From positions 1 to 58,835 of the forward strand of contig JBGAOA010000021.1 in assembly GCA_044222065.1 (NCBI GenBank): 58,835 nt of DNA, read 5' to 3'. The notes under the pieces are model-generated. The model was not told the origin of the DNA. It saw only the letters and a program-made list of their open reading frames with translations, and searched no databases. This document shows, piece after piece, positions 1 through 7,237 of the stretch. The stretch is from Candidatus Eiseniibacteriota bacterium (lineage in GTDB: Bacteria; Eisenbacteria; RBG-16-71-46). Position numbers and translations under genes: made by a program. The stretch's first letter is position 1, and the number at the start of each line of letters is the position of its first letter.

Positions 1-1
1 T

Positions 2-169
2 GGCGAATCATTGGCGGCCGTCGACTATCAAGTCGGCCCGCTTGGCTGGAGCCTCAGCACGTTTCTTCTCAACAAACAGAACGGGCTCGCCGTCTGGACG
101 AAGTCGCGCCCGTCATTCCTGACAATCAAGGAGCCTGACACGCAGTCCTTCTATCTGGTCTGCCAGTGA
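2..169 (+). CDS. 3' end of a hypothetical protein (partial, probable integron gene cassette)
   Basis: Open frame from the window edge (GESLAAVDYQ...SFYLVCQ) ending TGA at 167-169, directly before the attC site; visibly more AT-rich than core genes. Confidence 0.6.
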   Translation, partial: GESLAAVDYQVGPLGWSLSTFLLNKQNGLAVWTKSRPSFLTIKEPDTQSFYLVCQ

Positions 170-178
170 CGTGATCCG

Positions 179-278
179 GCCTAACATGTGGCTGCAGCCG
201 AGGGGCTCGCGCGTCACGCGCGCTGCGACGCATCGGGCGCGCCGCACGCTCCCGTGACTGAGCGGCCATGCGTTAGGC
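179..278 (+). mobile_element. Integron attC site (intact)
   Basis: R'' GCCTAAC (179-185) exactly complementary to R' GTTAGGC (272-278); L'' GCTGCAGC 5 nt after R'', L' ACTGAGC; intergenic, just after a stop codon. Confidence 0.88.
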
Positions 279-328
279 GCAAGCCCGGCGTCGACCCGCC
301 CCCGGCCTGCGGAAGTGAGGAACGCAAG

Positions 329-553
329 ATGAGTGGTGATCCGGAACGTCGCGATCCCGAGGAACTCTCCGTGCCGGAGAAGATCCTTCGCGTTCAAGAC
401 CTGTGGGATGACATTGCGCGGTCGCCTCGCGATGTCGAACTCACGCCGGAACAGCGCGAGGAGGCTGAGCGCCGGCTTCTGGCGCACGAGAGCAGTCCGA
501 GGGAATGCTCGTCGTGGGAGGAGATCAAGCGCAGATTGGAAGGCGGGCGATGA
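329..553 (+). CDS. Addiction module antitoxin component (TIGR02574/Unstab_antitox-like)
   Basis: 74 aa, LSVPEKILRVQDLWDDI...LTPEQREEAERRL...SWEEIKRRL signature; ATGA overlap with downstream toxin. Confidence 0.85.
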   Translation: MSGDPERRDPEELSVPEKILRVQDLWDDIARSPRDVELTPEQREEAERRLLAHESSPRECSSWEEIKRRLEGGR

Positions 554-897
554 GTCGCCCGGTCCATCTCCTGCCGGAGGCAGAACGGGAAGTGGAGGAC
601 GCGTTCGAGTGGTATGAACGCCAGAGGAGGGGCCTTGGTCTCGAGTTCCTGCTCGCGTTCGACGCTGCGGTCGAGAGTCTGCGGCGTCTTCCCGAGGGGC
701 ACGAGCTTGTCGCGCTGAAGACGCGCAAGGCGTTGCTCCGGCGCTTTCCGTACCTCGTGCTGTACGCGGTGGAGACTGAGCGCATTCTCATCACGGCAGT
801 GTTCCATGGTCGGCGAGATCCGCGTGGATGGACCGATCGCGTGCGGGAGGGTCTCTCCAGAGTGGGAGAGCTCGTTGCGGCGCGCATTCCCGCCTAG
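550..897 (+). CDS. Type II toxin, RelE/ParE family
   Basis: PEAEREVEDAFEWYE...GLGLEF...RRFPYLVLY...ITAVFHGRRDP; stop codon lies within the R''-like box of the next attC. Confidence 0.9.
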   Translation: MSRPVHLLPEAEREVEDAFEWYERQRRGLGLEFLLAFDAAVESLRRLPEGHELVALKTRKALLRRFPYLVLYAVETERILITAVFHGRRDPRGWTDRVREGLSRVGELVAARIPA

Positions 898-956
898 GAA
901 CCGATTGCAGCCAACGGTCCGCTGCGCTGCCCACGGCTGAAACTGAAGCGTCAGCC
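892..956 (+). mobile_element. Degenerate attC site
   Basis: GCCTAGG...TTGCAGCC...GGTCCGCTGCGCTGCCC...GGCTGAA...GTCAGCC: L boxes retained, conserved AAC and GTT triplets mutated. Confidence 0.7.
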
Positions 957-1002
957 GCCGGCACTCCGTCGCCCACAACCATCGGGGAAGGAAGGCGCAA
1001 GC

Positions 1003-1449
1003 ATGCAGATCCTCGATCACCTGTTCCTCGTCGGCGAGTTCGCGGAGAGATCGCGCCTGCTCTCGGGGCTGACGCTCGAGCAAGTGACGCAGCGGCCGGA
1101 CGGCGCGTCGCACTCCATCTATGACGAGCTGTGGCACCTCGTGCTCTATCAGCAGAGCATCCTCGAGCCGGGAAGCGTGCCGGCGGACGCGGAGTATTAC
1201 CCGACCGCCGCGCCGCAACACGAGAACCAATGGCACGAACTCGTGGAGCTCTTCCTGACCGGCGCTCGCGCCGCGGCAGCCCTGGGGCGCACGCCCGAGC
1301 GACTCGCCGTTGAGCTCGAGCCAGGGGTGACTCTTGCCGACGAGCTGAACTGCGTCGCGGTGCACAACGCGTATCACTTCGGAAAGATCGTCGCCCTGCG
1401 TCAGCGGATCGGCGCGTGGCCGCCCAGGGTCGCGTCGAACGCGTCGTGA
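1003..1449 (+). CDS. DinB/YfiT-family protein
   Basis: HSIYDELWHL...HNAYHFGKIVALRQ His motifs; GGAAGG RBS. Confidence 0.85.
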   Translation: MQILDHLFLVGEFAERSRLLSGLTLEQVTQRPDGASHSIYDELWHLVLYQQSILEPGSVPADAEYYPTAAPQHENQWHELVELFLTGARAAAALGRTPERLAVELEPGVTLADELNCVAVHNAYHFGKIVALRQRIGAWPPRVASNAS

Positions 1450-1475
1450 ACGAGGACAGCCCGTCGCCGCCGACT

Positions 1476-1577
1476 GCCTCGAGAGCCGCACCGGACGCCC
1501 GCCACGTCGCGAGCACCGAATCCAGCTGCAGTGCCTCGCGCGGTTGGCGCCGGTGAGCACCCGATCATCCGCTGGCC
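1476..1577 (+). mobile_element. Heavily eroded attC-like remnant
   Basis: Paired L-box arms GCCGCACCGGACGCC (1485-1499) / GGCGCCGGTGAGC (1546-1558); R boxes not recognisable, ends approximate. Confidence 0.45.
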
Positions 1578-1599
1578 AACACCAAGAACGGAGGCTCAA

Positions 1600-2040
1600 A
1601 TGACTCGGTCACGCATGCTGCTGCTCTTGTTCGTGTTCGCGGCCGGCCTCGCCGCGGGGCTTGCCATTCCCGCCCTCGGTGGCTCGGCCGGATCGAAGGT
1701 GACCAATCTGCTTACCACGAGCCTCTCGACGGAATTCACGCCCGGGCGCGAGGTGCTCATTGACCTCGTGGAGATTCCTCCCAACCAGAAGCTGGACTGG
1801 CATTGGCACCCGGGCGAGGAGTTCCACTACTACCTGAAAGGCAATCCCGTCATTGAACGCGACGATGCGCCGCCCATCGTCGGCAAGCCCGGCACCGTGG
1901 GACATGTCGCGTTCAAGCAACGGCACCAGGCGAGCGCCGGGAATAAGGGCGCGAGGATCCTCGTGTTTCGCGTCCACACCAAGGGCGAGCCGTGGCGCTA
2001 TGTGGACGAGAAGCACAGCCCGCAAGGCAATGGTGAGTAG
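1600..2040 (+). CDS. Exported cupin-domain protein
   Basis: Signal peptide; WHWHPGEEFHYYLKG and later H cupin motifs; GGAGG RBS. Confidence 0.85.
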   Translation: MTRSRMLLLLFVFAAGLAAGLAIPALGGSAGSKVTNLLTTSLSTEFTPGREVLIDLVEIPPNQKLDWHWHPGEEFHYYLKGNPVIERDDAPPIVGKPGTVGHVAFKQRHQASAGNKGARILVFRVHTKGEPWRYVDEKHSPQGNGE

Positions 2041-2054
2041 CGCTTGACCGCGCC

Positions 2055-2117
2055 AGCCAACAACCGCGAGCAGCGGCCGATCCGCCGCGCGGACCGCCGA
2101 TGGACCGGGCGTCCTGC
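2055..2117 (+). mobile_element. Degenerate attC site
   Basis: AGCCAAC-AACCGC-GAGCAGCGG...TCCGCCGCGCGGACCGCCGATGGACCGGGC-GTCCTGC; same size and central sequence type as 892-956; R' decayed. Confidence 0.6.
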
Positions 2118-2150
2118 CTCGCACAACTGACGAGCCGGGTGACTGACAGC

Positions 2151-2696
2151 ATGATCTCTCCTCCGATCGACACCCCATCCTTGCGGCTGCGACGCATCGT
2201 CGTCGAAGACGCGGCGCGGATGATGGAACTGAACGGCGAGCCGACCACGCGGCGCTGGCTGCCTTCGCACGTCTACCAGGACATGAACGAAGCGACGTCT
2301 CGCACGAGCTACCTGGTCTCGTGCTACGCGTCGCCGGGCGATCCGCGCCTGGGCCCGTACGTGCTCGCCGTCGAACACCTCGCGAGCGGGACGTTGCTCG
2401 GACACGTCGGGTTCAGTCCCTATCACGACGAAGTGGAGGTGTCCTACGCCATCGCCGAAAGCGCTCGCGGGCGCGGGTACGGATCGGAGGCTCTGCTCTT
2501 CGCGTGTCGATGGGCGGCCGCGAGCTTCGATCTGCCGAGCATCCTCGCCATCACCGAAACCGCGAACGCGCCGTCGCGTCGCACTCTGGAGCGCGCCCGA
2601 TTCGTGCACGACCGGGACGAGGTCCTGCAGTTCCAGGGCAGAGAGGAAGCCGTCAGTCGCTACTTGTGGCGCCCGTCCGGGGAGCCAGCGAGGTGA
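2151..2696 (+). CDS. GNAT N-acetyltransferase (RimJ/RimL-like)
   Basis: IDTPSLRLR...EVSYAIAESARGRGYGSEAL...NAPSRRTLE; alternative GTG start at 2139. Confidence 0.85.
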   Translation: MISPPIDTPSLRLRRIVVEDAARMMELNGEPTTRRWLPSHVYQDMNEATSRTSYLVSCYASPGDPRLGPYVLAVEHLASGTLLGHVGFSPYHDEVEVSYAIAESARGRGYGSEALLFACRWAAASFDLPSILAITETANAPSRRTLERARFVHDRDEVLQFQGREEAVSRYLWRPSGEPAR

Positions 2697-2841
2697 GGCG
2701 TGACGGTTTGATCGAGTCGACCCGATGCAGTGGGTCCAACGGCTCCGCACTACGATCGGAGAGCATCGTCGCTGCGCGTCTCGGCAACGCCTGCCCTCGC
2801 GGGCGCGATCCGTTCGAACGTTGCACTCCCACGAGGCCTTC

Positions 2842-3318
2842 ATGACCGTCCAACGCATGGACAACGTCGGCATCGTCGTCGAAGACCTCGATGCGACGAT
2901 CGCCTTCTTCGCCGAACTCGGCCTCACGCTCGAGGGCCGCATGCGCATCGATGGCGAGTGGGCCGGGCGCGTCACCGGCGTGCGCGGCCAGCGCGTCGAG
3001 ATCGCCATGATGCGCACGCCCGACGGCCACGGCCGGCTCGAGCTATCGCGCTTCGACGCGCCGGCGATCGCCTCCGATCACCGCACGGCCCCGGTGAATT
3101 CGCTCGGCTACCTGCGCGTCATGTTCGCCGTCGACGACCTCGACGACACGCTCGCGCGTCTCGCGAAGCGCGGCGCGACGGTCGTGGACGAAGTCGTGGA
3201 CTACGAGGGCATCTATCGGCTCTGCTACCTCCGCGGCCCCGAGGGGATTCTCATCGGGCTCGCCGAGGAACTGAGGCGGCCTGCGGGCCGCGAGAATCCC
3301 GGCGCACGCGAGGGTTGA
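2842..3318 (+). CDS. VOC/glyoxalase family protein
   Basis: RMDNVGIVVEDLDATIAFFAELG...RLCYLRGPEGILIGLAE. Confidence 0.9.
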   Translation: MTVQRMDNVGIVVEDLDATIAFFAELGLTLEGRMRIDGEWAGRVTGVRGQRVEIAMMRTPDGHGRLELSRFDAPAIASDHRTAPVNSLGYLRVMFAVDDLDDTLARLAKRGATVVDEVVDYEGIYRLCYLRGPEGILIGLAEELRRPAGRENPGAREG

Positions 3319-3381
3319 AGGCGCAGGCGGTCGCGTCCGGCATCCGGTCACGCAGAGCCCGCCGACTGCGCGATCGCCGTC

Positions 3382-3507
3382 AAGATCACCGGCATCTGCG
3401 GCGTTCGATTCGAGGAGATCGAAGACCCGCTGATGCGGAAGATCTGCGACTTGGCCGGGCTCGCGGACGAACTCGCCCAGGGCCGGCCGTTGGAAACAAC
3501 TCTCCGC
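3382..3507 (+). pseudogene. Relic of a DUF2200-family gene (C-terminal part only)
   Basis: Translates KITGICGVRFEEIEDPLMRKICDLAGLADELAQGRPLETTLR, resembling the conserved DUF2200 C-terminus; no room for the N-terminus and no stop at the expected position. Confidence 0.65.
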
Positions 3508-3616
3508 GAGTATGCTGCCTGCCCCGTCGAGGCCGGCTGCCCTCGATCGCTCGAATCGTGCAGCACCGTCACCCTGACGACGGCGCGGTCTCACCGACTG
3601 GCCGCGGAGGTCGCAC

Positions 3617-4009
3617 ATGCAAACCGAAGAACACGCCGTCCGCGAAACCCACGCCGCCTGGATCGCCGCCGTCAACGCCGGCGACCTCGACCGGCTGCTG
3701 GCCTCGATGACCGACGACGCCTCGCTCCTCAGTCCCGGCGAGGCGCCGATCGGACGCGACGGATTCGCCGCGAACTTCACGGCCGCGAAGGAGCGGATCC
3801 GGTTCCGCTGCGCGAGCGAGATCGAAGACGTCGTCGTCGCGGGCGACGTCGCCTACACGCAGTGCCGCGATTCGCTGTCCGTGACGCCGCATTCGGGAGG
3901 CGACACCGTGCGGTACGCCGGTCATCGGCTCACGGTGTACCGCAGGCAGCCGGACGGCCGCTGGCTGCTCGCGCGCGACGCGCACACGCTGTCGCCCGTC
4001 GCGAACTGA
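3617..4009 (+). CDS. NTF2-like protein (SgcJ/EcaC, DUF4440 type)
   Basis: WIAAVNAGDLDRLL...LTVYRRQPDGRWLLARDAH; GGAGG RBS. Confidence 0.85.
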   Translation: MQTEEHAVRETHAAWIAAVNAGDLDRLLASMTDDASLLSPGEAPIGRDGFAANFTAAKERIRFRCASEIEDVVVAGDVAYTQCRDSLSVTPHSGGDTVRYAGHRLTVYRRQPDGRWLLARDAHTLSPVAN

Positions 4010-4036
4010 GGCCGGGAACCCGGGAGGACACAGGTC

Positions 4037-4402
4037 GTGAATTCCGCTTCGCTCAGCATGAAGGTGTTCGGCGGCTACGTCGCCGTGATCGGCGTCGGCC
4101 TGCTGCTCGCTCCGGCGCTCGTGTTCGCGCCACTCGGTCTGCCGGCGCCCGCGGACGCGTGGGTGCGCGTGCTCGGCGCGCTCTCGATCGTCGTCAGCTA
4201 CTACTACTGGCGGTGCGGCTCCGAGGGCGTGACCGCGTTCATGCGCGCCTCGGTGATGGGGCGGATGATCTTCGCCCTGCTGTGCGTGGCGCTCGTGGCG
4301 GCGCGCACGGGGCCGATCCAGCTGCTGCTCTTCGGCGCCATCGACGCGCTCAGCGCCGTTTGGACGGCGCGCGCGCTCAAGTCCGCGGCGGCGGCGAACT
4401 GA
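4037..4402 (+). CDS. Small integral membrane protein (about 4 TM), function unknown
   Basis: Hydrophobic segments; GGAGG upstream; GC3-rich codon usage. Confidence 0.7.
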   Translation: MNSASLSMKVFGGYVAVIGVGLLLAPALVFAPLGLPAPADAWVRVLGALSIVVSYYYWRCGSEGVTAFMRASVMGRMIFALLCVALVAARTGPIQLLLFGAIDALSAVWTARALKSAAAAN

Positions 4403-4478
4403 CGACGGGGCCCGGCATCGGCACGCCGCGATCCTCGGCGGGCGACCGCCCCACGAACGTTTTCGGAGACGACTTCGC

Positions 4479-5351
4479 GTGACCGACCGATCGAAGCGCG
4501 CGGCGATCCCGCCGATTCCCGCCGTGCTGCTCGGCGTGCTGAGCGTGCAGGGCGGCGCGGCGATCGCGAAGAGCCTGTTCCCGGCGCTCGGCGTCTTCGG
4601 CACGGTCGGTCTGCGCATCGTGCTCTCGGCGCTCATGCTCGCGGTCGTGTTCCGGCCGCGCGTCGCGCGCTTCACGGCGGAGCAGTGGCGCGCGGTGATC
4701 CCGTACGGCGTGGTGCTCGGGGTGATGAACGTGTCGTTCTACCTCGCGATCTCGCGCATTCCGCTCGGGCTCGGCGTCACGCTCGAGTTCCTCGGCCCGC
4801 TCGGCGTGGCGGTCGCGGGATCGCGCCGCGCGCTCGACCTGCTGTGGGTCGTCCTCGCCGCGGCGGGCATCGCGCTGATCGCGCCGTGGCGCGCGGGCGG
4901 GGTGGACCCGCTCGGCGTCGTCTTCGCGCTCGTGGCCGCCGCGCTCTGGGCCGCCTACATCCTGCTCGGCGCGCGCGTCTCGCGAGCGATGCCGGGCGGA
5001 GTGGCGGTCGCGGTCGGCATGGCGATCGCCACGCTCTTCGTTCTGCCGGTGTCGGTCGCGAGCGGCGGCCTCGCCCGACTGTCGCCGCCGCTGCTCCTCG
5101 CCGGCGCCGGCGTCGCGCTGCTCTCGAGCGCGTTGCCCTACACGCTCGAGATGGTCGCGCTCAAGGCGCTCCCCGCGCGCACGTTCGGAATCCTGATGAG
5201 CCTCGAGCCCGCGATGGCGGCGCTCGCGGGGCTCGTGTTCCTGCACGAGATGCTGACGGGGGCGCAGTGGCTCGCGGTCGTGCTCGTGATCGCGGCGAGC
5301 GCCGGCGCCGCCGTCACCGCGCGCGAGGTCGCGACGTCCGCGGAGGTGTGA
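4479..5351 (+). CDS. EamA/DMT transporter, RhtA-like (threonine/homoserine efflux type)
   Basis: SVQGGAAIAKSLFP...RIPLGLGVTLEFLGPL...PYTLEMVAL...FGILMSLEPA. Confidence 0.9.
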   Translation: MTDRSKRAAIPPIPAVLLGVLSVQGGAAIAKSLFPALGVFGTVGLRIVLSALMLAVVFRPRVARFTAEQWRAVIPYGVVLGVMNVSFYLAISRIPLGLGVTLEFLGPLGVAVAGSRRALDLLWVVLAAAGIALIAPWRAGGVDPLGVVFALVAAALWAAYILLGARVSRAMPGGVAVAVGMAIATLFVLPVSVASGGLARLSPPLLLAGAGVALLSSALPYTLEMVALKALPARTFGILMSLEPAMAALAGLVFLHEMLTGAQWLAVVLVIAASAGAAVTAREVATSAEV

Positions 5352-5463
5352 TTTTCGTCCCGCTTCGTCGACGCAGCCGGTACCTTCGCCGCTCGGGCAC
5401 GCCCGCAACGACGCGCGGCGCGCCACGGAGTTCGCAGGACTCGTTCCGAAGGAGGCGCCTGCC

Positions 5464-6456
5464 ATGAGGACCGCCGCGTGGGTGGCGTTCGCGTTCGCGA
5501 TCGCGCTGCCCGCCGTCGCGAGGGCCGAACCCGAAACGGCCGCGCCGCGCGCCGGGCACGGCCTGCGCGTCGTGCTGCTCGGCACCCAGGGCGGCCCGAC
5601 CTTCAGCGCGCAACGGCTCGGCATCGGGACGCTCGTCGTGGCGGGCGAGGAGCGACTGCTGTTCGACGCCGGCCGCGGCATCACGACCGGCATGATGCGG
5701 GCGGGCGTGAATCCCGCCGAGGTCACGCGCGTGTTCCTCACGCACCTGCACTCGGACCACGTGATCTCGCTGCCCGAACTGCTCCTCTCGCCGTGGGCGT
5801 CGCAGGGGCGGGCGGTGCCGCTCGAAGTGTGGGGGCCCGCGGGCACGCGCGCCATGATGCGGAACTTCGAAGAGGCGCTCGCGTTCGACATCCACGTGCG
5901 GCGCGACGTGGACGAGAAGTTCCCCGCCGCGGGCGTCCGCGTCGTCACGACCGAGATCCGCGAGGGCACGGTCTACGAGTCGAACGGCGTGAAGGTGACG
6001 GCGTTCCTCGTGGACCACGGTCCGGTGAAGCCGGCGTTCGGCTACCGGGTGGACTTCGGCGGCCGTTCGGTCGCGATCTCGGGCGACACGGGGCCTTCGG
6101 CGAACCTCGTGAAGTTCACCGCGGGCGTGGATCTGCTCGTTCACGAGGTGGGGCGGTGGAAGCAGGACCCGCTGCTGACGGGGCCGCCGGACGAGGTGCT
6201 GCCGAACTCGAGGATCACGCGCCGGCAGGCGCGTGTGATCGCGGAGCACCACACCGACGGCGTCGAGGCGGGCCGCGTGCTCGCGCAGGTCCGTCCGAAG
6301 CTCGCCGTGTTCTCCCACTACAACGCCGATCCGAAGGCGACGCTGGAACTGGTCCGTCGGAACTACGACGGCGCGGTCGAGTTCGGCGAGGACGGCATGC
6401 GCATCGACGTCGGCGACGAGGTGACGATCGAGCGACCCGGCGGCGCGAACCGATGA
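5464..6456 (+). CDS. Exported MBL-fold metallo-hydrolase (RNase Z/arylsulfatase-like)
   Basis: Signal peptide; LLGT, FDAGRG, THLHSDH, ISGDT, LLVHE, HH motifs. Confidence 0.88.
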   Translation: MRTAAWVAFAFAIALPAVARAEPETAAPRAGHGLRVVLLGTQGGPTFSAQRLGIGTLVVAGEERLLFDAGRGITTGMMRAGVNPAEVTRVFLTHLHSDHVISLPELLLSPWASQGRAVPLEVWGPAGTRAMMRNFEEALAFDIHVRRDVDEKFPAAGVRVVTTEIREGTVYESNGVKVTAFLVDHGPVKPAFGYRVDFGGRSVAISGDTGPSANLVKFTAGVDLLVHEVGRWKQDPLLTGPPDEVLPNSRITRRQARVIAEHHTDGVEAGRVLAQVRPKLAVFSHYNADPKATLELVRRNYDGAVEFGEDGMRIDVGDEVTIERPGGANR

Positions 6457-6547
6457 GTTCGCGCGTCGCGGCATTCCGCGCGCTCGGCGGGCGTCTCGAC
6501 TCTGCCGGCGCGCGAGGCGCGCGACGCGCTCGCGGTCACGCGGCCGC

Positions 6548-7105
6548 GTGAGGATCCTCGAAGCGACGCACTGCACGCTCGAGCCGCTGACGGTGGCTCA
6601 TGCGCGCGAGATGTTCGGCGTGCTCGGCGACCCGGCGATCTACGAGTTCGAGAACGAACCGCCGCCGTCCGAGTCGTGGCTCGAGGAGCGGTACGCGCGC
6701 CTCGAGCGCCGCGCCTCGCCGGACGGCCGCGAAGCGTGGCTCAACTGGGTCGTGCGCCTTCCCGGCGGCGAGGCGGCGGGCTACGTCCAGGCCACGGTGC
6801 GCGGCTCGGGCGACGCGCTCGTCGCGTACGAGCTGGCGAGCTGGCACTGGCGCAAGGGCATCGGTTCGAGCGCGGTCTCTGCCGTGCTGGATGAACTACG
6901 CTCGAACTACGGCGTGCGCACGTTCGTCGCGGTGCTCAAGGCCGCGAACCATCGGTCGCGCGGCCTGCTGCAGAAGCTCGGCTTCGAGCCGGCATCGCCG
7001 GCGCACTCCGAAGCGTTCGGCGCCGGGCCGGACGAAGCGGCTATGGTCCGGGGCGTCGACCCCCGCGAACACGGTCGAGCGGCAGGGTCGGCCCGGGAGC
7101 GCTGA
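6548..7105 (+). CDS. GNAT N-acetyltransferase (RimJ/RimL-like)
   Basis: LEPLTVAHAREMF...WLNWVVR...GYVQATV...WRKGIGS...NHRSRGLLQKLGF. Confidence 0.88.
   Translation: MRILEATHCTLEPLTVAHAREMFGVLGDPAIYEFENEPPPSESWLEERYARLERRASPDGREAWLNWVVRLPGGEAAGYVQATVRGSGDALVAYELASWHWRKGIGSSAVSAVLDELRSNYGVRTFVAVLKAANHRSRGLLQKLGFEPASPAHSEAFGAGPDEAAMVRGVDPREHGRAAGSARER
6817..6999 (+). repeat. Direct repeat, left copy (183 bp; pairs with 19967-20149)
   Basis: Ungapped manual alignment at offset 13,150 with 15 mismatches. Confidence 0.95.
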
Positions 7106-7237
7106 ACCCCGAGGGGTCTCACTCTTCCTCGCGCGACTCGATCTCCATCGGCAGGTCTGCGGCGGTCACGGTCCGATCCGGCAGCACTCGCTCCGAAGTT
7201 CCGGGCGCACGCGTCGAGCGCCGCGCCCGCGGCCGTG

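Noticed and set aside
6461..6529. Long intergenic hairpin as a further attC
   Set aside because: No RYYYAAC/GTTRRRY boxes; indistinguishable from a GC-rich terminator-like stem
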